Assembly (NCBI GenBank): GCA_040772485.1
Contig: JAXGYC010000007.1
Coordinates: 480,001-544,000 of the forward strand
Length of the DNA: 64,000 nucleotides
Direction of reading: 5' to 3'
From: Sedimentisphaerales bacterium
Lineage (GTDB): Bacteria > Planctomycetota > Phycisphaerae > Sedimentisphaerales > Anaerobacaceae
The position numbers were made by a program, and so were the translations under genes. Position 1 is the first letter of the stretch. The number at the start of each line of letters is the position of its first letter. The notes below the pieces were generated by a model. It was not told the origin of the DNA. It did not search any database and was given only the letters and a program-made list of their open reading frames with translations. Shown here piece by piece: positions 53,501 through 62,194 of this stretch.

Positions 53501-54379
53501 ATGAGCCACGAAATCCGCGATACCGGCAGCGTCCCGACATTCTACTCGAACCAGGTGCTCGAGGCCGAGCGGTTCTACCTTGACGCGGTCGGCGGCGTGC
53601 GCCAGCCGCTGGCGGTGGTCTGCGGCGGGCGCGAGCGCTGCGGCCCGGACTACCGCATCGACCGCGCCGACTTCCCCTTCCACTCGATCGAATTCGTCGC
53701 CCGCGGCAAGGGCACGCTGACCCTCAAGGGCCGGACCGAGGCCCTCTATCCGGGCCGCGTCTTCTCCTACGGGCCCGGCGTGGCCCACCTGATCGCCGCC
53801 GATGGACCCGAGCCGCTCGTGAAGTACTTTGTCGATTTCACCGGCCCGACGGCCGCCAAGGTCTTATGTGACAACGACTTGGCCCCGGGCACCGCCGTCC
53901 GGATCGCCTCGCCCGATGCGGTCCTGCGGATCTTCGACGACCTGATCGCCGCCGGCTGCTCCGGCACGCGCCAGGGCCCGGCCATCTGTGCCAAGCTGGT
54001 CGAGCTGCTGGTCCTGAAGATCGCCGAAGCCGGCCTCGTCGACGACCCGTACCGCAGCGCCGCCTTCGCCACCTACCAGAGCTGCCGCCAGTACATCCGC
54101 GACCACTTCCCGACGCTGCGGACGCTGGAGGAGATCGCCGAGAGCTGTCACGTCGACGAAGCCTACCTCTGCCGGCTCTTCAAACGGTTCGACAGTCAGA
54201 GCCCCTATCAGTACCTGACCCAGCTCAAGATGGCCCAGGCCGCCCGATTCCTCCAGCGAAACGACAAGCTCATCAAGCAGGTGGCCTTCGAGCTGGGCTA
54301 CAGCGACCCGTTCCACTTCTCCCGCGCCTTCAAGAAAGTCTTCGGCCTCTCCCCCGCCGCCTTCCGCAAACTCCGCTGA
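53501..54379 (+). CDS. AraC-family transcriptional regulator
   Basis: N-terminal cupin, YLCRLFK and LGYSDPFHFSRAFKKVFGLSP HTH motifs; divergent from the epimerase. Confidence 0.92.
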   Translation: MSHEIRDTGSVPTFYSNQVLEAERFYLDAVGGVRQPLAVVCGGRERCGPDYRIDRADFPFHSIEFVARGKGTLTLKGRTEALYPGRVFSYGPGVAHLIAADGPEPLVKYFVDFTGPTAAKVLCDNDLAPGTAVRIASPDAVLRIFDDLIAAGCSGTRQGPAICAKLVELLVLKIAEAGLVDDPYRSAAFATYQSCRQYIRDHFPTLRTLEEIAESCHVDEAYLCRLFKRFDSQSPYQYLTQLKMAQAARFLQRNDKLIKQVAFELGYSDPFHFSRAFKKVFGLSPAAFRKLR

Positions 54380-54855
54380 GCCGCAACGCGGCAGCCCGGA
54401 GACCGCAGGCCATATGCGCAGGATGGGCTTTAGCCCATGCGGTCTCTAAGCACTCAACACTCAAAACTCGTCGCGGCTCACGGCCGCTACGTATGACTAC
54501 GTACGCCCAAAGGTATGTCGCGACATCGGAGGGGGGCAAGCACGACATTGGGGGGCGCCTGGGAATTGGGGTGAGCGCCCATGCTGTCGAGGGTGCTGCG
54601 CGAGGCGGCGTGGATGGGGCGGACGGACCGGTGGAGGGGCGGTACCGTGCCTTTGATGTCCCGAAACGCCAGCGATGCAGAGAAACCGGGGAGCGGGCGG
54701 CCGTCATTCGTGTCTCCCTTCGGCTTCGCTCAGGGCAGGCTGCGCTGGTATCTCGTATCTCGAAGGGGCGATGGTGAGAACGGAAGGCAGAAGAACGCAG
54801 GCCGGAGACAGAAGGCGGCAGGCCGCAGGAACAACAGACTCAAGACTCGGCGGCC

Positions 54856-54921
54856 GTAGGCCGCCCAATAGTCAATCGTCGATAATCCATAGTCAATTCC
54901 CTCGCTCAACACTCAAAACTG
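54856..54921 (+). repeat. 66-bp direct repeat, copy 1
   Basis: 65/66 identical to 55679-55744. Confidence 0.9.
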
Positions 54922-55080
54922 GCGTGAGCCACAGGCCGCGACCCCCTGACCGTCCAACGCCTCCTCGACCGGCTCTCCCCTCGGCCGCACGCCCGTCATC
55001 GAGCCCAGAAAGGGTGTACCTGACCGCGTTCCGTTCCGCGCAATGAGTAGACTGTCTCGCGACTTCGCCGAAACCATCTG

Positions 55081-55320
55081 CTACCCCGTGAGAGCGTTGG
55101 CTTTCGCCATCGCGGACCGTGCGGCCTGAATGGCGTGCATGGCCGCGTCGTCAAAGAAGCGGGCGCCACAGACCTGACACCTGTAATGGTCCAGACGCTT
55201 CACCACTGCGCCGTCTTCGAGGCGGCAGGTTTCCACTACGCGTGCCATCCGCATCTGCCCGCACTCCGGGCAAGGCAGAGACTCAGATATCGGTGCTCCT
55301 TTTGGACGAGATGAGGACAT
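55081..55320 (-). CDS. YgiT/MqsA-type zinc-finger protein (antitoxin-like)
   Basis: CPECG...CQVCG; overlaps the upstream toxin-like gene. Confidence 0.7.
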   Translation of the reverse strand: MSSSRPKGAPISESLPCPECGQMRMARVVETCRLEDGAVVKRLDHYRCQVCGARFFDDAAMHAIQAARSAMAKANALTG

Positions 55321-55594
55321 AGAAGATATCCACGCCTTCCTTCTTGAGGATTTTACCCTTCGTGTAGATGTCGATGCCGTCGAAGGTCAAGCCCTTGATG
55401 ACATACAGTCTTTCCGTCCGGTGTGTCTCTGGATTCCGCGAGCGCAGGACCTTAAAGATCGCCGGAGCATTCAGGATGGCCTCGTACACCAGTTCCGGCG
55501 TCAGCACGTCCTGAGCCATCTCAATTTCCGCCTTCTCGGTGAAGAGGACCCGCCGCGAAATCACCAAACGCTTTATCGTAACAAGGGCATCCAT
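55283..55594 (-). CDS. Putative DUF4258/MqsR-like toxin
   Basis: I...RVLFTEKA..EM....LT...V.EAI pattern; paired with Zn-finger gene; GGAG RBS. Confidence 0.6.
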   Translation of the reverse strand: MDALVTIKRLVISRRVLFTEKAEIEMAQDVLTPELVYEAILNAPAIFKVLRSRNPETHRTERLYVIKGLTFDGIDIYTKGKILKKEGVDIFYVLISSKRSTDI

Positions 55595-55678
55595 ATGTTC
55601 TCCCCCTCTATCGTAGCCTGTTCAACGCTCCAAAACAAAGGAAAAAGCGAACCAGGAGAAGCCTCCAGCCCGGATACT

Positions 55679-55744
55679 GTAGGCCGCCCAATAGTCAATC
55701 GTCAATAATCCATAGTCAATTCCCTCGCTCAACACTCAAAACTG
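55679..55744 (+). repeat. 66-bp direct repeat, copy 2
   Basis: 65/66 identical to 54856-54921. Confidence 0.9.
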
Positions 55745-55778
55745 CATTCTGTCTCGCTTGTGGCGGGGGCCGCTGAGG

Positions 55779-56015
55779 TCAGTAGGGATCAGGCGTGCGG
55801 TCGGGGAACGGATCGGGCCAGCGGCCGGTGCGTTCCTTGATGATCTCGGCGTTCTTGCGGTCTTCGTAGCGTTCCACGCGGTGTCTCCTGTCCGTGGTCT
55901 CGTAGACCCCTGGCCTGTCGTGGCGAAAGTCGTCCGGAAACAGAAACTGCTTCACGGAGCGGCAGCCCGGCAGCAAGATCACGCCCACCAGCAAGCACAC
56001 GAGTCTGGTCCGCAT
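55779..56015 (-). CDS. Small putative lipoprotein
   Basis: [18 protein letters not shown] lipobox. Confidence 0.6.
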   Translation of the reverse strand: MRTRLVCLLVGVILLPGCRSVKQFLFPDDFRHDRPGVYETTDRRHRVERYEDRKNAEIIKERTGRWPDPFPDRTPDPY

Positions 56016-56378
56016 GGTCTGACCCCTATCTATTGAATCGTGCCATCGACGGCCGTCCATCGTACCTCCTGGGGATCACATCATCAAGGCCAGACCAACG
56101 GAGCGGAGATTGATCCGTACTCCATTTCATCCGGCGGGCCCGAGGGACAACAGAGGACCGAAGAACGCAGGCCGGAAACCGAACGCGGCAGGCCGCAGCA
56201 AGAACTGACTCGAAACCAAGCGCTCAACACTCAAAACTCTCGCGGCCACAGGCCGCAGCCCGCTGACCCCACCGAGACGCCAGCCACCATTTCGCCTTGG
56301 CGAAAAAGTACCGGACACCGTTTCGTTCCCCTTCCCTGCCCGTCGCCCATTCACCACGATGACGCGAACAAAATCTCC

Positions 56379-56642
56379 GCAACCGTCCGGCGGAGTACAT
56401 AGAGTGACGGGTTGAGTGTTCGATTGTGTCTCTGGGGCTCTGTCTACTGCGTCAAGGGATGGTGATTATGGACGAGAGGGTTTCCAGTTTCGGGGGAACA
56501 GTTCCTCGATGCGGTTGGCCGGACGGGTGCTGATCCGCGCCAGGACATCTCGCAGGTAGGCGAATGGATCGATCCCAGAGAGCTTGCAACTGGCGACCAG
56601 GCTGTAGAGGACCGCCGCCCGATGACCGCCAGAATCTCCTGT
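56379..56642 (-). mobile_element. IS66-family remnant (transposase C-terminus plus possible degenerate terminal IR)
   Basis: GGHRAAVLYSLVASCKLSGIDPFAYLRDVL..I.......IEEL.P.NW; GCAACCGTCCGGCGGA at 56379 resembles an IS66 end. Confidence 0.75.
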
Positions 56643-56930
56643 AAGCGACGTTCTTACCCAGAACCCTCTGCCGGACGCCCGTCGGTGAGCCCAGAAAAAG
56701 CACCTGACCCTGTTCCAGTGTCTGACGTGAAGGTGATTTGTCATCTTTTCTTCTTATATCTCCCCCTGGTGCCGGTCGATAATACTGGGGCGAGTCTGTA
56801 AGCCCGGCGGGGTTTGGACTCCAGCGAGACGAGGGTGAGAACAAAACACGCAAGGTGAGGATATTACGCATGTGCACGCTTGGCCCGTGTAGAGCAGAGA
56901 CCACGGCATAGTGCAATAGGAGTCACAGTT

Positions 56931-57266
56931 ATGGACTTTCTCGTATGCATATGCAATCCCATGGGGCTGGAAACACACGTGCCTGTCGAAGACATCAATG
57001 GCGAAGAGGAAGCGGTGTCCCAGGCGAAGGAGATGGCACTCGGAACGAAGGAGGGCACGAAGATCGTGCTGTTCACACGAGAAGGCAACACAATGTGCGC
57101 CTGGAAGATGACGAAAGGCGGTCGGTTAAGAACACTCGCTGCGGAAGAGATACAGGGTGTCTGCGCGGTCGGCCCTGGTGCCTTCGAATTTGCCAAACGA
57201 CAACGGGATAAGCTGAAGAACGGGCGAGGCACAAAACGGGAAAAAACGAGCGTAAAAGATGCCTGA
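56931..57266 (+). CDS. Hypothetical protein
   Basis: AGGAG RBS; first ORF of the lower-GC islet. Confidence 0.45.
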   Translation: MDFLVCICNPMGLETHVPVEDINGEEEAVSQAKEMALGTKEGTKIVLFTREGNTMCAWKMTKGGRLRTLAAEEIQGVCAVGPGAFEFAKRQRDKLKNGRGTKREKTSVKDA

Positions 57267-57314
57267 CCCTGCTTGTCACTCCCCAGAAGCAAGACGAATT
57301 CACAGGAGATTGGA

Positions 57315-58106
57315 ATGAAGACTTACGCAATCCTCATCTCATTCGTCGTGGTCGGACTTGTTCTGTCATTGACAGCGATCGCCTGTCCGGCAGGATCATG
57401 GATTGGGGCATGGCTCTTGCAATTGGCTGGCGTCTTGATGATCGGTGGCGGTCTGGGGATAATTGACAAGACGCTGTTGCATCGAGATACTTTCGAGAAC
57501 ACACGCCGACTGTTCATGATACATGAGAGCACGGTCCAACTCGGCCTAAAGGAGATCATAAGGGATGCGAACCAATACTCGTACTCACGTATCGTCCGGG
57601 AAAGTCCATCACTCAGCGTGGTTCTGAATGATGGGCGCACATGGGTATCCGCACACATCACAGACATCAAGAGCAGATTCGAGAAGAAGGAGTTCGTTAC
57701 GGAACTCTTCGTCCCCGATCCAAACGGCTCTTTCGCCCCTATCATTGCCAAGAAGACTGGGTATACAGATGCGGATCAGGTTGCCAAGATTGAGCAGGCC
57801 AAGAGCCGTTTGATTGAAGAGTTCGATATCGGCGGACACGTTGGTACTCTCAGGATTTACCACATCCCTCACTTTCCGACGCATAGCGTCTTCCTCGGCT
57901 CTGATGAGGCGCTAGTTTCACAGTACGGCGTATCGAGTGGTCGCCGTGCCGTTCCACTTTTCGCCTACTGTCGCCTATCCGATGCCAACTGTTTATACGC
58001 GGATGTTCGCGATGACGTTGGGAAGCTGCGTGCCGAATCTCAGTGCGTATATGACAGCGATGACGAAAAGGCCAAGGCAAACAATCACTCAGGGGTGACG
58101 TGTTGA
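57315..58106 (+). CDS. Two-TM protein with C-terminal domain possibly of PLD-like/DUF5919 type
   Basis: AGGAG RBS, two N-terminal TM helices, LFVPDP.G and LRIYH motifs; lower GC. Confidence 0.6.
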   Translation: MKTYAILISFVVVGLVLSLTAIACPAGSWIGAWLLQLAGVLMIGGGLGIIDKTLLHRDTFENTRRLFMIHESTVQLGLKEIIRDANQYSYSRIVRESPSLSVVLNDGRTWVSAHITDIKSRFEKKEFVTELFVPDPNGSFAPIIAKKTGYTDADQVAKIEQAKSRLIEEFDIGGHVGTLRIYHIPHFPTHSVFLGSDEALVSQYGVSSGRRAVPLFAYCRLSDANCLYADVRDDVGKLRAESQCVYDSDDEKAKANNHSGVTC

Positions 58107-58181
58107 CCGGGAAGACAAGGTCCGCCATTCTGCAGCGTCCTCGATATCCCCTACGAATTTGCATCGGAGCTATGATACGTC

Positions 58182-59216
58182 ATGTCAGGTAAACGGCAAC
58201 ATTTCATTCCGCGCTTTCTGCAAAGAGGGTTTGCCAGCCACGTGGTGGGAGAACAAGTGTTTACTTGGGTTTATCGCAAAGGAACGGCGGCATTCAGTTC
58301 CAACATCATGAACGTTGGCGTGGAGGGCGCATTCTACAGCGAAGACGACGATACGCAGACAGACGATATTATCACGGAGGCAGAAACGACGTTTAGTGCC
58401 CTTGTGGCCAAATTGAAGGCGTCGAAGCCTGGGTCAACAGGGGATCCGCAGCTACCGGCTCTTGTTGCACATCTGGAAGTGCGCACACGAAGCCTCAGGC
58501 AGTGTTTCGCCGCCTCAGCAGATTACCTCGGCCAGCAAATCTGCGGATTCCTAGCAAATGAGGAAGCCTTTGTCGATTTCGTATTGCGCAAGCTCCAAAG
58601 AGAACCGGCAATGCTAAGGGATCTGGTTCACGAAGAGTGTGAGAAAAGGGGACTTCCGCCCGATGCGCAGGAACAGATGATGCCGATAATACGATCACTA
58701 TTACCAGCATGGTTGGAGCAGATCAAGCCCAGGCTACCTGAGTTCCTGGACGTCTTTCGTTCCCGGTTTACAGAAGGAATGCCGAAGGCACTGAAGTCCG
58801 GGCATTTGAGAGCACTGAAGAAGGACATCGCGCCGGAGCGCAAGGTTCAGCATTACACGACTTTGTCCTATGCCCTACTCGATCTACGCGATGATTCGCT
58901 GATTCTTGGCGACTCACCTGTTGTCTTCGAGGTCGATGGCGCGCGTCGATACAAGACACTCATAGAGAAGGGTAATATCTTGAAATCGGTGTATCTGCCA
59001 TTAACTCCCCGAAGACTCCTTCTTGGCACGTGTTCAGCGCCAAATCCAGACGTAGCTGACATATCGAAGGTCGTCGCGCGATGCTCGCTAGAGCATTTCA
59101 TCTCCCACCGGAGGTGTGAGGCAAATGACCTATTGAAAGGGGAAATCGGGCAAGATGCCTACCTCTTGAGCAAAAAGCAAATCCAGGATATATGGACCGG
59201 CATCCTGAGTGAGTAG
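58182..59216 (+). CDS. DUF4238 domain-containing protein
   Basis: KRQHFIPRFLQRGF, FY, ILGDSPV, YLPLTPR.LL. Confidence 0.8.
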   Translation: MSGKRQHFIPRFLQRGFASHVVGEQVFTWVYRKGTAAFSSNIMNVGVEGAFYSEDDDTQTDDIITEAETTFSALVAKLKASKPGSTGDPQLPALVAHLEVRTRSLRQCFAASADYLGQQICGFLANEEAFVDFVLRKLQREPAMLRDLVHEECEKRGLPPDAQEQMMPIIRSLLPAWLEQIKPRLPEFLDVFRSRFTEGMPKALKSGHLRALKKDIAPERKVQHYTTLSYALLDLRDDSLILGDSPVVFEVDGARRYKTLIEKGNILKSVYLPLTPRRLLLGTCSAPNPDVADISKVVARCSLEHFISHRRCEANDLLKGEIGQDAYLLSKKQIQDIWTGILSE

Positions 59217-59357
59217 ATTGGTTGGGAAAGGCCACCACATCAGTCGTTGGAATCCGGGGGCAGGCCAGAAATGAGGATTGCGGGGACATCTTACTGATTT
59301 CAGTCTTGCATTGCGTGGGGTGTGCGCACCTATCATCACACGTATCGTGTATTCTGC

Positions 59358-59458
59358 GGCGAGGGTAAGAGTCCTTTGATCTTGATTTTTCGGAAGCAGA
59401 CGGCGCCGGCGTGGTCCTGGAGCATGAGGTGTCCGGCGGGCCGCTCGCCGCAGTGGTC
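59358..59458 (-). pseudogene. DUF1080 (3-keto-disaccharide hydrolase) C-terminal fragment, copy 1
   Basis: GERPAGHLMLQDHAGAVCFRKIKIK. Confidence 0.55.
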
Positions 59459-59486
59459 GCTGACGCCGGTTGGTCCCCTTCGACGG

Positions 59487-59723
59487 TCAGAGGTCGTCGC
59501 CTTCTATGGGCGGGCGGTCCGGCACCTTGTCGAGGATCCCGCGCAGGGCGCCTTTCTTGGCCCGTTTGGCCCGTTCTTTCAACAGTTCTTCCGTCATGAT
59601 CGCCGAGACCTTCTCCGCGACCGCCGAGGAAATGAACTGGTTGATCGAGACGCCTTCTCGCCTGGCAATCTCGCGAATATGACGATGGATGGAATCGGGA
59701 AGCCGCAAACTCAACGCACTCAT
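59487..59723 (-). CDS. RHH/HicB-like antitoxin
   Basis: LSLRLPDSIH..I.E.A..EGVSINQFI..AVAEK; ATGA-coupled to the PIN gene. Confidence 0.82.
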   Translation of the reverse strand: MSALSLRLPDSIHRHIREIARREGVSINQFISSAVAEKVSAIMTEELLKERAKRAKKGALRGILDKVPDRPPIEGDDL

Positions 59724-60139
59724 CGGATGATCTCCAAAAACTGCCTGGGCGTCCAGACCTTCACGCCCATAGAAGCTGCCTCTTGAAAATGCCTGGTATT
59801 GTGCGTCACGATGCCATCGGCCTGCGACGCCACGGCCAGTTCCAACAGATGATCGTCCTTCGGATCGGCCAGGCAGGGCCGCCACAGAAAGTAGATTTTC
59901 TGGTGCTCGCCAATCTGGCAGAGGGCATCGAGCAGTCTGTCTATGTCCTCCTGCGACAGCTTCAGACGGCGCTTGTCTCTGCCGAGCACCTCCTCATACT
60001 CAAAGAGCAGTGCGGTCGACAGCACGATGCGCACACGGCCCGCCTCGATGGTGCGTAAGATCTGATAAGACGCCCCACGCGCCGAGTACAGCCCGGCAAA
60101 CAGGACATTCGTATCCAGGATGATACGCCTATCGGCCAT
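59720..60139 (-). CDS. PIN-domain toxin
   Basis: ILDTNVL, EYEEVL, DPKDD..LELA, IVT.N..HF. Confidence 0.88.
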   Translation of the reverse strand: MADRRIILDTNVLFAGLYSARGASYQILRTIEAGRVRIVLSTALLFEYEEVLGRDKRRLKLSQEDIDRLLDALCQIGEHQKIYFLWRPCLADPKDDHLLELAVASQADGIVTHNTRHFQEAASMGVKVWTPRQFLEIIR

Positions 60140-60390
60140 CTATAGTAATACTACATACGGTATCGCCGTGAGTCAAGTCCAAAATCCGGGTGGCCGGGAA
60201 ATGAAAGCACTGCGGTGCATCTTCCGGGCCGCTCGCCGAGGCGGTCGCGGTCTTTGAGTTTGCTCTCGGCGATGGTGTGCGCGGCGGCTCGGGCGAACGC
60301 GTAGGCGGAGGACCCACCTTACGTGGGGGCTCAGCAGGTCAGCCCAGATAGGACGCGATTACCCGTTTCCTGCGGGAGTGGAAAGGAGCC

Positions 60391-60458
60391 GTTTGCAGTG
60401 TGCCCGTGAGGGCACACTCGTCCCGGCTAAAGCAACGCCTCACGGCGTCACTACGAAC
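60391..60458. repeat. REP doublet (REPIN-like)
   Basis: GCAG-TGTGCCC-GTGA-GGGCACA facing an inverted GTAG-TGACGCC-GTGA-GGCGTTG. Confidence 0.62.
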
Positions 60459-60619
60459 CAGACCCTGACCCCAAGCCCAAACGGGCAATCGCGTCAGATA
60501 GGAGTTGACAACGGTGGTGGGGCCGACGCAGTATTGGACGATCGGGTCAGAAGGCCTTCGACATGAAGGGCTGGACTGGAAGGCGATCGCGTCGCCGGTT
60601 CGAGAAGGGGAAGAGTTCT

Positions 60620-61768
60620 ATGGAAATAACGAAACGCGAATTCATCGTGAGAACCGGTTTGCTCGGCATGGCGGGTCTGGCCGGGACAGCACGTGCCTCA
60701 TCGTATGAGCCGACGGGAGCGCAGGGTGCTTCCGTTTATAACGTGCGTGATTTCGGCGCCAAAGGCGACGGCAAGACGCCGGACTCTGAGGCTGTTCAGA
60801 AGGCGCTGGACGCGGCCGGCGCGGTCAGCGGGACGGCCTATTTCCCAGCGGGACGATATCTCTGCCACGACCTGAAGGTCCACGCGCATACCACGGTCAT
60901 GGCAGAGCCTCAGTGGGGCTACCGAGGCGATGCCGGGGCGATGCTGCTGCTGGATTCCGACGACGCGGACTGCCTGCTCAACATCACCGGGGCTCTCGGT
61001 GTCCATCTGCGAGGACTCTTCCTGCAGGGGCGACGAGACACACAGAAACCCATTCATGGCGTTTTCCTCAACAACGCGGAGAAATACAGCCCCAAAGAAG
61101 ATTCTATTGTCATCGACGACTGCAAGATTGCCGGGTTCTCCGGTCACGGCGTGCATCTGCTTCGCATCTGGCTGTTCATCATTCGGCACAGTATCATGCA
61201 AGGCAACAAAGGATGCGGCGTTCAGATCACCGGCTGGGACGGTTTCGTAACGGACAACCAGTTCTCAGGAAACGGAAGTCATGGCTTCGGCTGTGAGGGC
61301 GTGGGCGCCACCGTCATGTTCACGGCCAACCGCGTCGAATGGAACAAGGGATATGGCCTTTACATCTACGCCGGGGACGCGTGGAACGTGACGGGCAACT
61401 GTTTCGACCGGAACTGGGGCGCCGGGATTTGTGCGGCCAGGATGCGCACCACCACCATCACGGGCAATGTCTTCAGACGCTGTGGCAAAGACAGCAACCT
61501 GCTGGCCGAAGGAGAACGCTCCTGCCAGGTCCGCCTGGACGAATGCAACGGGCTGACGTTCGTTGCGAACACGTGTGCGGCCGGGCGCGACGACGGCGGC
61601 CAGGGGAAGTACACGCCGCAGGTCGGGTTCATTCTGCGAAAACTCAGCCACTCGGTGATTGCCAACAATACGCTCTATCGCGGGTTCATGGATCAGATGG
61701 TTGTCGATCTTGGCGAACATGGCGACGGCTACGTGTTCGCCAATAACGTCGGCTGCCCGATGACATGA
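60620..61768 (+). CDS. Exported pectate-lyase-superfamily parallel beta-helix protein
   Basis: TKREFI Tat-like signal, YNVRDFGAKGDG..DS.A.Q.ALD, YFPAGRY, PbH1 repeats. Confidence 0.85.
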   Translation: MEITKREFIVRTGLLGMAGLAGTARASSYEPTGAQGASVYNVRDFGAKGDGKTPDSEAVQKALDAAGAVSGTAYFPAGRYLCHDLKVHAHTTVMAEPQWGYRGDAGAMLLLDSDDADCLLNITGALGVHLRGLFLQGRRDTQKPIHGVFLNNAEKYSPKEDSIVIDDCKIAGFSGHGVHLLRIWLFIIRHSIMQGNKGCGVQITGWDGFVTDNQFSGNGSHGFGCEGVGATVMFTANRVEWNKGYGLYIYAGDAWNVTGNCFDRNWGAGICAARMRTTTITGNVFRRCGKDSNLLAEGERSCQVRLDECNGLTFVANTCAAGRDDGGQGKYTPQVGFILRKLSHSVIANNTLYRGFMDQMVVDLGEHGDGYVFANNVGCPMT

Positions 61769-61807
61769 CGTCAAATCCGACGGCGATCGAGGGGACGGGC
61801 GGCGGGA

Positions 61808-61925
61808 GGCGAGGGTTTAGCGTGGTTTTGATCTGGAAGTTTCGGAGGCGGAGGCCGGCGTGGTCCTGGAGGATGAGGCGTCCGGCGGGCAATTCGCCGA
61901 AGTTGTCCCGGTTCTTGAGCTTGCC
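61808..61925 (-). pseudogene. DUF1080 C-terminal fragment, copy 2 (frameshifted)
   Basis: GKLKNRDNFGELPAGRLILQDHAG. Confidence 0.55.
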
Positions 61926-62194
61926 CTGGGCGCCCGTCAGTGGCCTCGACGCCGGAACCTCGCACCCATTTCGGCCCAGCGGAGAAGGTGCTGGCCACCC
62001 TTTCGTTGGCCTCCAAATCCTCGATAGAATCAGCCGATCGGGAGCCGGCCCGGAACTTTGCAGGACAGGATGAGCAGCATGTTGCAATCGAGCGCCTATT
62101 ACGGTATCATTGAGAGTGTGGCGTGCCGGAGCACCAGTTATGAAGGCAGATGGCGAATCCTGGACTAACGGTGTTGTGTGGAGGAGTGCATATC

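Noticed and set aside
56641..56660. GTAAGCG as the left end of a second intact IS66
   Set aside because: No tnpA/tnpB/tnpC follows and no matching opposite end was found; it may only mark the truncation point.
58075..58110. Possible integron attC (GCAAACAAT...GTGTTGAC) at the end of the 2TM gene
   Set aside because: Too short, imperfect R boxes, no matching sites after neighbouring genes, no integrase.
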